A stretch of DNA of 64,000 bases from Laetmonice hystrix (taxonomy: Eukaryota), in contig OZ249436.1 of assembly GCA_965235115.1 (NCBI GenBank), positions 31,374,001 through 31,438,000 on the forward strand. The letters are read 5' to 3'. The notes under the pieces were generated by a model. The model ran no database searches, was not told where the DNA came from, and saw only the letters and a program-made list of their open reading frames with translations. Each line of letters opens with the position of its first letter. Positions within the stretch are counted from its first letter, which is position 1. Below are positions 24,114 to 61,889 of this stretch, one piece after another. Both the position numbers and the translations under genes were made by a program.

Positions 24114-27099
24114 GATAGAGGATTGTTCAGTAACAGTCCTGATATGTCCTTGAGCATGATAAGGTTAATAGGATTACGAACAAGTTTCAGCGACAGTAGG
24201 CCGCCGATCCTTGGACTCACAGGGCAAAGACGGACACTACAAGAGCATTCCATGTTCTTGTAAGTAACGGTAAAACTGACATTGGACCGCTGGCGTGGCC
24301 AAGATTGGTGTCTTATAAATAATTCTTTCCTTGGGTTCCTAAATCGAAAATCCCAGAGACCTCAATACACAAGGGTGGCAAGTGGCGCCCAAAGTTCGCC
24401 TGCAAGAAACCGATCAAACCAGAGTATTCCAAGGCGCACAAATCGACGTCGAATTCCCATACAAGGTCAGGACTCCGTGAATAGTTGTTCAATCCCAAGC
24501 AACATGAGACAAGTGATGAAGTGGTTACAGAGGGGCTGCGTGGTCATTAGACAAGACGGCACTGTGCCATGACGTGTTGTCAATGTGAGGCGACGCCTCT
24601 GATGAACTGCTCCTTGTCGTTGGGGGCGCTGCTCGGTGAGGTGTGAACGCCTGCCGTCAGGTGGCGTGACACGCGGCCCCTAGCGTCGGGAGGGTGTCCT
24701 CACTGAGACAAGGGAACCCCAAAAATAAAACACTGTGTGGGGGAGGGGGTTATTCTGATGACCTCACGACTTCACACGTGCCTGGGTGTTGAGTGCATGT
24801 CGGCGATTATAGTAACGCCTCTTGTCATGCGGCCAACATAACATGACCTCGGAAGTATAGAAAAACATAGGCCTATACATAGCCTCAATTATCCATACTC
24901 ATTTACTTCTTAGAATAGTTACATTCAAAACCAACGATTTAAGATTAACAGACACTTAACAGGGGTTCAATTTTATTTTTCTATTTATAATTTCCTACTT
25001 TTTTCATTTATTTTTACCCTGGAATTCAAGATGACTCTGACTAGCGCGAACTGATCGTCCATGACGTGTGTTGTCGACATTGAGTCCGCTATACGATCCG
25101 ACCGACTCGACACCGCCCGCGACATCCTGACACGAGTTGTTCACAGTGTCCGCCGGTCCCGAGTTACATCATGGTATACACGGGCCCATCTAAGAGAATT
25201 AGATTTCTAAACATAGGTAGGCTTTGCCCTATATATTGTATAGGTCTTGCGCCAACGGGATACCTTTATAAAATTAATTATTCATCTTGTGTAATCAGTC
25301 AGAAAATAAAAGGCAATTATATAAAAGCAGGTTGCATGGATTTTCAACCATACATTACTGGTTCGGTGCGCCAATCACATGAAATATGTTCCCATATAAT
25401 ACAGATAGCCTGGGTGTATGAAGCTAAATTTAATTATACACGTATACTAGGGTACCCGGACAAAGCCTCCCAAAGGGGCCGTGAACTATCTTCAAATTCT
25501 TCGACTTTGAAAAGTAAAGGCCACACTGAAAAAAGGGTATAATTACCATAATAGCATGCAACACGACCTGCAACACTATGGCGATATAATGCCATGCTGT
25601 ACGAGGCTTCTATCCTGAGGTGCATCGAAGGGCCTCCTGTCATTGACAGCAGCCTTTTATGACATAAAACACTTTGCGTGTAGACTAATTATAAGATGGA
25701 AGAGTTGGGGCACGAGACATGTTGGCGTAGCAGTGCATCCTCAATTGGATCTGACTAAATGTATCGTACCGCCCACACAGTCGGACCCATTCCCCTCGCC
25801 CCTCCCCTCCCCCCGAGACGTGGACACCAGTGTATAGCTAAGCCAGGAGAGGGGGGGGGGTGATTTTTGGCAGGTATATGGGATACGGGAATGGATGGTG
25901 TTTCTCCATAGCGGCCTGGGTGTATGCAGCCTGTCGCCTCGTGGTAACGACTATAATTACGTCGTGCATGGGCGCCGCCCCTTCACAATGTAGCGCTGCA
26001 GTGCCCAATGGTCGCCTGGCCAAACAAGTGGAATACAAATAGTTTATCTTCATCAACCTCAGCTTAATCAAGGCTACATCGGCCATGCAACGTGAATAAA
26101 ATGTGTGCGAGCTTCGGAGAGCTGATTGCCTATAGGGTTAGACTTTCGATGTCTGGGCTGGGCAGGCTCGTAAAACATGACACCGATGACGCTGCAATTA
26201 TTGTGATTGGGATATATTCTGATGCAAGTCGAATTCCAGCGTTTCATTTCACAACCCCGCACGTGTACCGTATTATGAGCATAGACAGGGGGGCCCGATA
26301 ATGGGGGTGAGGCTATAAAAATAATTATGAGGGTTCTATTTTCTCATTGTAGCATAACAAACGTGACCAATAAAACTTCCTTTTATTTTTTATTCTAATA
26401 GCTATTGTTCCTTTCGGGCAATCTAAAATTATGTAAATGCTAAAAAAGAAAAAGAAAATTCGAATAATGTGCCCCCTTTTGCTGAATGAAATTAGTATAC
26501 CTCTGTGATCAACACAATTCAAGCATTTGCCTTTTCCGTGTTTAAACGTGTGTGTATCAAAATATGTGTGTGGGGGGTGCGTGTGGGTGTGTGTGTGTGT
26601 GTAAGCGCTCCTTATATAAATCTCGGATAACACGTTGTAATTCTGTATCTTTTTAAAATACTTTTACAAACGAAAGTTCAGTGCTATTCCGGGGGAGATG
26701 GGACCTATAGGTGTGAATCGTCTGGCTAAGATAGATTTAGTGTGACCTCTGCATGACCGTATTATGTCATAATTATTTACATCAAACCTTTCCCTGATGC
26801 ATCCCCTCTACAGTTGTTAGACATCCACAATATTGCGATAACCCAAGATAATTATGCCCTTTTGCCCTCAATCAAATTGGACGCCAACGCCATTGAGTGC
26901 ACTCCGACAAAGCCTTGGCACTTAGGCGAATTGGTTCACATGTAATATACTTATAATTAATTACTGTAAAAGTAAACGTGAAATTTTCACGTGTGTGGAA
27001 TTTTTCTGTATTTCGCATGAAACGTAGATTTTGAGAAAATGCCCCGCAAGCGAAAATCTCTATATCACACTAGAGCATGGGGGAACTGTGAAATTAGTA

Positions 27100-27455
27100 A
27101 TCACTACCAAACTGGGGCATGTTGGAAATGTGAAATTAGTGATCACTCTACCACACTGGGGCATGGGGGAAATGTGAAATCACTATACCACACTGGGGCA
27201 TGGGGAAAATGTGAAATCACTATACCACACTGGGGCATGGGGGAAATGTGAAATCAGTATACCACACTGGGGCATGGGGGAAATGTGAAATCACTATACC
27301 ACACTGGGGCATGGGGAAAATGTGAAATTAGTAATTACTACCAAACTGGGGCATGTTGGAAATGTGAAATCAGTGATCACTCTACCACACTGGGGCATGG
27401 GGGAAATGTGAAATCACTATACCACACTGGGGCATGGGGAAAATGTGAAATTAGT
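27100..27455. repeat. ~37-bp tandem repeat
   Basis: Unit accacactggggcatgggggaaatgtgaaatcactat with longer variants, about 9 copies. Confidence 0.9.
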
Positions 27456-28264
27456 GAACGATAAATGCACGTTGGGGTGCAAATGAGAATTTGCCTAAGA
27501 TTTACGGCATATTCAACATTCTATGCAATGTTACCGGACTGAATGATTGCTTGGTGTTAAACTGGATACAAAACAGGAAATTTCTGTTTTCCATTGTTTT
27601 CCACTGTGAATATATCTGCCCCTCGATGTCTGAGTCAAATCCAGGTTTAACCCCGCTGTAAGATGAATTAGGGAATAGGGTGAAGACAACGAGTTTTCTG
27701 GATTCCCAGACCACACCCCCCCCCCCCCACCACCACCACCACCACCGCCACCACCACCGCCACCCCACCCCAACCCCCTGTATCATATCCCTTTATATCA
27801 TACGCTTTCAAGCTTTCAACTATTTCTATCACATTTCAAATTTGCACTTCTAGGAAATTTCGGGGAAACTTGATCATTGTCAATGTATAATGTATAGGCC
27901 TATATATATAATAGGAATACTGGATCTATTCTTAGTCCGCCCAACCATGCCCATGCATGTGGACGATCGTGTATCGGGTCAAAAGAAGGAGAGACTAACT
28001 CATTCAACAGGTCTGTATAAACAGCGATTATATTCCCAAATGACTGTACCGAACACCTATCCTCCATTCACAAGGCTTTGCGTGAGAGCATAATATTGTC
28101 TTTTGTTGGAATAGCCTTGGGTCAATATAAATGAAACGATAAATTTTACTTTTTCACCAGAACAATGGCGCCCACATCCCCTTACAGATTGGCCACATGA
28201 CGCGATCGTGCAGAGCCGCATTAGTCGTGACTGCAAGTCCGGGAGTTGGGACGTTGTACCGTTT

Positions 28265-28631
28265 AGGGGCGGACCATTTAACTTTGATGGGGGGAGGGGG
28301 TAGGAAGATTTAGTTTGGACAGAATATTTTTTTCACACAATTTCAGAGCCGGAATTTTGTTTAGACATTTCAATGCACCTCTATTCAATGACAGGGTCAG
28401 CCAAATTATTTTTTCCCGAAGAAATTGGAGCCGGGAAATTTATTCATAGAATCTTCCTACCGGCCAGGGCCGTATCCTGGGGGGTTACAGCTAGATGTCT
28501 GTAACCCCCCTTGGGTCCAGCCTTAAAAATAGGGTGATGATGCGGTCGCAGACTTTGTAACCCCTCCCCCTCCCACTTGGCAGGATACGAACCTGTACCC
28601 CCCGCCCAATAAAGTTAAATGGTCGGCCCCG
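28265..28631. mobile_element. MITE (probably PIF/Harbinger-type) with a nested hAT-like fragment
   Basis: TIRs ggggcggaccatttaacttt / aaagttaaatggtcggcccc. Confidence 0.7.
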
Positions 28632-29736
28632 TAGAACACATCAACCTCGCATTTCGTCACCCTTGTACTATAATTGAGCTCGCGGGGCGAACTGGAACAA
28701 ATATATGAACAACAAGAAAAGAATGGCGTTGTTGAGATTTTCTTGTTTCCATGGCGTGTGTAGATTCCCTGTGAGGCCATCGCGGACAGAGCAGCCTGGC
28801 TGACCTGCCGGTTTGGCGAGCAGCATGCGAGGCGGGGGTGGGGCACAGGTGTCGGGCGCCCACGACAGGGCTTTCAACGGATTAAGGATGGATTGAATTA
28901 CCGATCCTAGTCTTCATAGTCCACTGTGAACTCAGATCTCAGTTCGTGTGATGTTTTTATGTGTGTGTGGGATTCCCCTTGTCTGACGCATATATAAAAA
29001 TCTGAGATTTCTCGGCAGGTATGGTCAAATCGCGGAGACACATTTTAGTTCCGATATGCCCAGAATAACCAAGAATGACAATTCTCTCTCTCTCTCTCCC
29101 CTCTCAAGGATGCCATCCCTTCTCCCACTCCAAAGTGATTGACATGGACATGTTTCTTCCATCCACAGATAGGCCTAGGCCCTCTACCCTTTCTCAGAAC
29201 TGAGGGACGCGAGGTGTTATTGGTACTAAACAAGTACTATTCGGTTCAAGTTATTTCTTTGCTATCGACATGTGTAAATGACAGAAGAGACGGATACTTG
29301 TAAGTAGTAATGTAAATATCTTACAACATTTCACCTCATGATATCCTTACTTTCTCAGGTGCACACCCCAAACAATATAATTTGACCACGAGGGGACGTT
29401 GGTTAAATAACGGCAGTTTATCTCAAGAAGACAATGTGGCCGGTACAGAGACCTACTCCCAACGGCAATAATGCAGCCTATTGGAAATTTTGTTATCATG
29501 AAACTGCCTTGGGTGTTACAAGCCTGGACGTCTGGATCTTGTGCAAATGGTGGGAGGTATAGAATTATATAGACAACCTTGAAATTAATCGGTGTTCCAA
29601 GAAAACGTTATCACGTTATTTAAAATGGAGACCTTCAGATTAGCTCTGTTCCCGTCATCAGTTAATTAGGCCTGAAAAAGAACTCAAGCAGATTCTTCGA
29701 AACACAAAGACGTAGGCCTATACGTCAGGTGTCTTA

Positions 29737-30721
29737 GTGAACCTTTAATCGCTAGGCCCTACCTCAGGATACTTGTGAGTGAACCTTTAATCGCTAGGCC
29801 CTACCTCAGGATACTTGTGAGTGAACCTTTAATCGCTAGGCCCTACCTCAGGATACTTGTGAGTGAACCTTTAATCGCTAGGCCCCACTTCAGGATACTT
29901 GTGAGTGAACCTTTAATCGCTAGGCCCTACCTCAGGATACTTGTGAGTGAACCTTTAATCGCTATAGGCCCTACCTCAGGATACTTGTGAGTGAACCTTT
30001 AATCGCTAGGCCCTACCTCAGGATACTTGTGAGTGAACCTTTAATCGCTAGGCCCTACCTCAGGATACTTGTAAGTGAACCTTTAATCGCTAGGCCCTAC
30101 CTCAGGATACTTGTGAGTGAACCTTTAATCGCTAGCCCCTACCTCAGAATACTTGTAAGTGAACCTTTAATCGCTAGGCCCTACCTCAGGTTACTTGGGA
30201 GTGAACCTTTAATCGCTAGGCCCTACCTCAGGATACTTGGGAGTGAACCTTTAATCGCTAGGCCCTACCTCAGGATACTTGTGAGTGAACCTTTAATCGC
30301 TAGGCCCTACCTCAGGATACTTGTAAGTGAACCTTTAATCGCTAGGCCCTACCTCAGGATACTTGTGAGTGAACCTTTAATCGCTAGGCCCTACCTCAGG
30401 ATACTTGTGAGTGAACCTTTAATCGCTAGGCCCTACCTCAGGATACTTGTGAGTGAACCTTTAATCGCTAGGCCCTACCTCAGGATACTTGTGGGTGAAC
30501 CTTTAATCGCTAGGCCCTACCTCAGGATACTTGTGAGTGAACCTTTAATCGCTAGGCCCTACCTCAGGATACTTGTGAGTGAACCTTTAATCGCTAGGCC
30601 CTACCTCAGGATACTTGTGAGTGAACCTTTAATCGCTAGGCCCTACCTCAGGATACTTGTGAGTGAACCTTTAACCGCTAGGCCCTACCTCAGGATACTT
30701 GTAAGTGAACCTTTAATCGCT
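29737..30721. repeat. 42-bp minisatellite, about 23 copies
   Basis: Unit gtgagtgaacctttaatcgctaggccctacctcaggatactt. Confidence 0.97.
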
Positions 30722-31337
30722 GCCCAAGTACAGATTAAGGTCAGACAATCGGATAGTGTACGAGGGAAGTCTTGCGGTCCGAGTGGCATGTTCGGTTTGT
30801 TCCACATGGTAAGTCATGCCTTATAGGCTATAAACGGGCTCTGTGGAACCGTGTATCTGGAAGTAGAGAGTGGTCAGGGTACATGGTATTACCACAACTG
30901 TAATACGTGAAGGGAGTGGGAAGTGGGGCGTGACAGTTCTCCCCATGGCAGCAGTCTGCACAGGGTGTGCAAGACTGACCGCAGTGGCAGCAGACAGGGG
31001 CAGCCGTTGGAACTTCGCCGCCAAGGCCAGAGTTCGGCGTCAAAGACTCCCTTCAAGAGGTGTGTACTGCCAGTTTATCGGTTATACCCCGGTTACCGCA
31101 GGGGAACGACAGAAAACGAGACGTGGGGGTTTTGCTTGCAAGGTAAGTTTCTCACAAGATTAAACTCCGGTTTTCTCATGAATTTATAAATTTAACATGC
31201 CGTGTGTTATTTTGAGGTATGCCTTTTAAGTGAACCCAATGGCCCCAACGACGTTAAGTAGGCTATGTACTTATATGTCATTGAAAATAATGTCTCGAAA
31301 TGGTTCAAGGTAAGTTGATAAATAATCTATCCCCATG

Positions 31338-31518
31338 CAGTTGGCGGATTTAAGGAGGGGGGGGGGGGTGTTACTGGGGTTACCTCCCGTTACGAAGTAT
31401 TTTTTCTTTTTTCCTGCTTAAAAGGTTCACACAAAACATGTACCCCCCCCCCGGGACCCTACAGCCCCCCCCCCCCCCACCCCCTCCCCCGGTTGGCACA
31501 ATCCTAGATCCGCGCCTG
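31338..31518. mobile_element. MITE with CAG...CTG termini and 5-bp TSD (CCATG)
   Basis: cagttggcggattta... / ...tagatccgcgcctg; CCATG at 31333-31337 and 31519-31523. Confidence 0.7.
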
Positions 31519-32291
31519 CCATGACACTGATTCGTCGATTGTTCCTTTGGGGTTTATGATCTTTCTTCTGGCTGACCCGTTTTGGGAAGTATACATAGAT
31601 CTAACCATTACTGCTGCATGGTTATAGAGTCTATAGGCCTACAGAGACCGTGAATGGAGCGTGACATATAGCAGTAACCGAGCTTTAAATGGTTGACAAG
31701 AATTTCAAAGCGAGCCTGAGACCCAAAATGTTATTTCCCTCGTTTCTACGCCTATATTTGAAGCCTCCGAGGGAAATCTGTAGGTGCTCTTCTGCTGAAA
31801 CATCCCCTTCCCCTAAAATTTTGTTAAATGAAGAATTCTGCAAAAATGTTCTTCTTTGTCCCATAATAAATAAATACATATTACAAAAGTTATTGAGCAG
31901 TATATTCATGCCTTGAAATTTGGAATTCCTCATGGGGGGGATCAAAATCTAACGGATGATGGCACCATTCTGTGAACCCAGGGTCTGCCTCTTGTGACCC
32001 TGGGAGAGTGTGCAGCATTTCCTCGGAAACAGGTCAGATTAGCGTCATCTCCGACCTATTTTAAGGAACCAATCAAATATCCAAGCGTCTCTTTGAAGCT
32101 TCCCGATTGGAGGATGCTCTCTGGTCTTGGTACCGTGATTGGTTGAAGTGGATCGCGCGGGAACTGCCGCACGATGTGCCCCAAACACTGCAAACATTTT
32201 GCGAATAAAGGCCTGCCCAAGCGAATAACATAAAAAAAACACAGGTTGCACTGACCCATCCGGTTTATTGTTTCAGAAACAAGTAGAAGCT

Positions 32292-33527
32292 ATGTGGAAG
32301 CCATACAGAAGGGGTACCACCACTTATTACGGCAAAATGCTGGGCGACACAGTGTCCCTCAAACACAAAACGGTCATCGTCTTCACTGGTTTCTGTATAC
32401 TCTTCAGCCTCTGCCGGAACGTTTCTACGCCTGTCCCAAGGGTTGCCCACGTCGGTCCAAGTTTAACGAACAGTTCAAATGAACTTCGAAATCGCGAGTC
32501 AGAAAAGTCAGTTACGGCTAGCTCTGCCATACGGCCAACTTTACCAGATTTTGAACCTTACATGTGCTCCTCATGTTTCAAGTTTGGATCCAAAGACATT
32601 TCCCTCAGCATTCCTGGTTTGTGTGCGGACACCCCAAAGATTGCGCTGGTTTTCATGGTCCATTCCCCGGCTGGGAACTGGAAGGCCCGGGAGGCTCTCC
32701 GTAACGGCTGGCTCTCCTTTACCAACAACAACACGGACCCTGTGGCCAGGTACTTCTTCTTGTTAGCATCTTCTCGGTCCAATGAAACCGAACAACTGGT
32801 CAAAGAACACGAACTGTTCCATGATATCGTGCAGGTTGACATACCCGAGACCTACCAGGAGATGGGTCGAAAGGTCATGCTCGGTTTACGGTGGGTCAAT
32901 AAAAACTGCCGCAACTCCAAGTTTCTCATCAAGACAAACGACAACGTTTTCATCAACATCCCGAGACTTTTACAAATGTTCACTGAGCGCAAAGACCTCA
33001 AATCTGGGCTCTTCGGGAGGATTCAAGGCGCCGCGGTGGAACGGGACGAGAAGTCCAAGTACTTTGTGTCAAGACACGTTTACCCAGATAATTATTTTCC
33101 TAAATATGCTGACGGTGTCGCATACGGACTTCCGGTGCGGTGGTTGGGAAACATAATAAGGATGGCGGAATATACACCTTCCGTCCACATCGAGGACGTG
33201 TTTGTTGGGATGTGTGTACACCGTCTGGGATACGACACTATCCGGATCACGCCTGGGTTCGACATGGAGTTACCTGCACTATACAATAAGAAGATGATGT
33301 GTGTACTGTCACAGACTAGTATCGTTGTACACGGGGTTCCTCCCGATCTCCAAGGTAACATACTGGCCGTATGCGCCGCCTGGTTGAAGAACATAGAGAG
33401 AAGTGCACAGAATCATCTCAACACTGCGAAAACCACCAGGCGACCCCGAATTCTTTCAACCACAAACCGTCCCGTTAAACCGTCCGTAAAACCATCGAAT
33501 GACCCACTAAAGGCATCAGTGTTCTAA
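32292..33527 (+). CDS. GT31 beta-1,3-galactosyltransferase-like type II membrane protein with degenerate DxD motif
   Basis: N-terminal TM segment (VIVFTGFCILFSLC), LVFMVHS...REALRNGW, E...FHDIVQVDIPETY...K..GLRWV..NC...FLIKTNDNVFINIP, R...SKYFVS...YP...FPKY..G.AY, IEDVFVGMC. A 3' splice site (ttattgtttcag, AG at 32275-32276) precedes the first ATG at 32292. Confidence 0.88.
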   Translation: MWKPYRRGTTTYYGKMLGDTVSLKHKTVIVFTGFCILFSLCRNVSTPVPRVAHVGPSLTNSSNELRNRESEKSVTASSAIRPTLPDFEPYMCSSCFKFGSKDISLSIPGLCADTPKIALVFMVHSPAGNWKAREALRNGWLSFTNNNTDPVARYFFLLASSRSNETEQLVKEHELFHDIVQVDIPETYQEMGRKVMLGLRWVNKNCRNSKFLIKTNDNVFINIPRLLQMFTERKDLKSGLFGRIQGAAVERDEKSKYFVSRHVYPDNYFPKYADGVAYGLPVRWLGNIIRMAEYTPSVHIEDVFVGMCVHRLGYDTIRITPGFDMELPALYNKKMMCVLSQTSIVVHGVPPDLQGNILAVCAAWLKNIERSAQNHLNTAKTTRRPRILSTTNRPVKPSVKPSNDPLKASVF

Positions 33528-34469
33528 TTAAGTTATCGTTTAGCCTTAGATCGGTAATTTTGCCAAACAACGGGGCATTTGACACACAGCAGACCAATTA
33601 TTTCCGATTTGGAAGCTACTTAATTACCTGTGGCTACGGTCTTGCAACAAGACACACTTGGCGTAAATTCATTGAAAACTTCTTTTCCTGCTAGAACAGT
33701 ATAGTCAGTTTAACGTGAGAACCCAGATTCCTTTCACAAGTTTAAAGCGTCAAAAGTAATTTAATAATATAAAGTCAATTTCTCCGTGAACAAAACTCGC
33801 TGGCAAGAATATCGTAAGTGCAAAATTGATGTATTGAGATTGGCATTTTAATTTTCAAATTGCTAACAACAAATTCTATTTTATGGAGATACAATACTCT
33901 GCAACATATTATACCCCCTTAACTGTTTTGTAAGCAGATGCGTATTCATGAGACCTATTTAATGTTCCATTAAATTAATTTTTTAATTTTTGCAGATACA
34001 ACATTCTTACTTGTTTGCTTTACGAAACGTCCCTTTAATGCAACCTAAATGAGGCATCATGGGTGTTAGTCAGGTCAGAGAAAAAGTAGAACTTTTTGAG
34101 TTAGTTGGGCCTACTTCTATCAATATTCATAATGAATTAAAAGTTGCTAACTATTTTGTGCTTTCTCAAAATCAAGGAATAACATTTGTCAGGTTACCTG
34201 GTATTTCCAAAAAACCTTATCCAAACCACTAGTTCGAACCCATGTCACGGGATCTTCTGAAAGTACGATCTTGAAATGACAGTTAGCTTGTGGTTATTCA
34301 TTAGTCAGATACGATTTAGATCAAATCTAAGCTGTATTCTTCAGTTGGCCACCTGGCGAGGATCTCGGTATTTAGCTCAGAATTTGTAGCGCCGTCTGTC
34401 GGAATAGTAGTTCTCGTTCCCTATTCCACTCCTAGGCGTCTCTGCTCGTCGCTCCAATGGCGACCCCCG

Positions 34470-34562
34470 GAGTGAGTGAGTGAGTAGTGGTGGTTTTACG
34501 CCGTGTCGGCATCCGGGGCGACCCCTCGAACCGGGCCACGTCGAACCATACTGCCACGCAGG
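34470..34562 (-). mobile_element. Short, internally deleted tRNA-derived SINE
   Basis: Minus strand has A-box-like tggcagtatggtt, B-box-like ggttcgagg, then ggcgtaaaaccaccact and an (actc)n tail. Confidence 0.55.
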
Positions 34563-34989
34563 AAAAGTAACTTTTACATTTTATGATCCTGTGCACGTAA
34601 GATTTGTTCAGATCACTTCAAGTACCGCTTTATTCTTTATTCTTTTTAGATTAAAGACTAGGCTAAACATGAGAACATGCATAGTCTCCCCTGAGCGCTT
34701 TATCCCCCTTTTTAAAACGATTTCTTTTAGTTTCCTTCAGTATTAGAACTCTTACGTACTTTTTCTTCGAAAAGAAATTAAACCTACATTGAAGACCATC
34801 TCATGTTTCGATTTGATACATCAAAAGTATATTATTGCGGCCTTTCCTCTTTTCCCCTCGACGTTATATTCAGTTCAGTGAATAACCTTACATTGGTTGG
34901 CAACTGTGAAACCGTTACCTTACGTGGAATATACAGTGAAAGACTTATATCACCCAACACAAAGTAATCTCTATAATATTTAATATATT

Positions 34990-34995
34990 TTTATT
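34990..34995 (-). terminator. Candidate poly(A) signal of PIK3C3
   Basis: AATAAA on the minus strand, about 850 nt downstream of the stop codon, in AT-rich context. Confidence 0.4.
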
Positions 34996-35848
34996 TATAC
35001 ATATCTGTACATGTACTTTTGTATTATACACCTGACTTATGATGTTCATATGAAACTGTTTCGCATAACGGCACCATTATGTATGTAGGAACATGGAACA
35101 AAAGAAATATCCTATCCCAGGCTGTTAACTGTTCATGACCTTCTTTTGAGTTAACAAGTTATAACAAAATCAGCCGTCAATCTCAGAGTCGTTTAATTTT
35201 TTCAAACCAATATAGGATGAATGCGGTTTTGTTGAAACATTTCATCGAAGCGTTCCCTTTCAAAAAGGGCCTAATGGTTTCAATGAAACGCTTGAAAATA
35301 CCTACACGTCATTTCCGGGTCAAACACTCACATATCTGAACTTGGGAATGCTTCGAATAAATTAACTGCATATCATAAACCTACAAAAAGTATTTTCCAT
35401 TTCTCTTCATTTGCTAAGTACTGGCTAGGAACTACTTACTTAGGAACACTAAATGGGAATTTATTATCCTCAACAGGTCACCAGGTTTATGTCACACACT
35501 GGCGATATCACTATGGATCGTAGGCTCTGGTACATTTAAAAGTTTCTCCTTGAGAATAAGACAGGTATTTCATTTTGTTGTTGAGCAAGTTCCCTTTACA
35601 GGGAAGTGACATAACCTTAAGTCTCACACCGTCGAAACCTGCCCAACGCTGCACAAGGCAACGCTGAAGATCTCGGAACTTGTGACGTAATCCGGTTTCA
35701 GAAAGTATCCGCTAGGGGGCTCTCGGCTAGCCCCCTCGACACTTTCCGCAGGTCTATCCGGTCACGATACCCGGATCTGCTGATGACCCTAGGGGTCACC
35801 TCGTGTGCCGTTCACATACACACTTTCACTCATCAGTGGCGCGGGTCC

Positions 35849-61889
<26,041 letters not shown>

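Noticed and set aside
29775..30826. SEPLIARPYLRILV repeat ORFs
   Set aside because: Translation of the 42-bp array, interrupted by a 2-bp insertion.
35780..35836. Hammerhead ribozyme (CUGAUGA...GAAA)
   Set aside because: On the minus strand only 2 nt separate CUGAUGA and GAAA (no stem II); on the plus strand the stem after CUGAUGA is not followed by GAAA.
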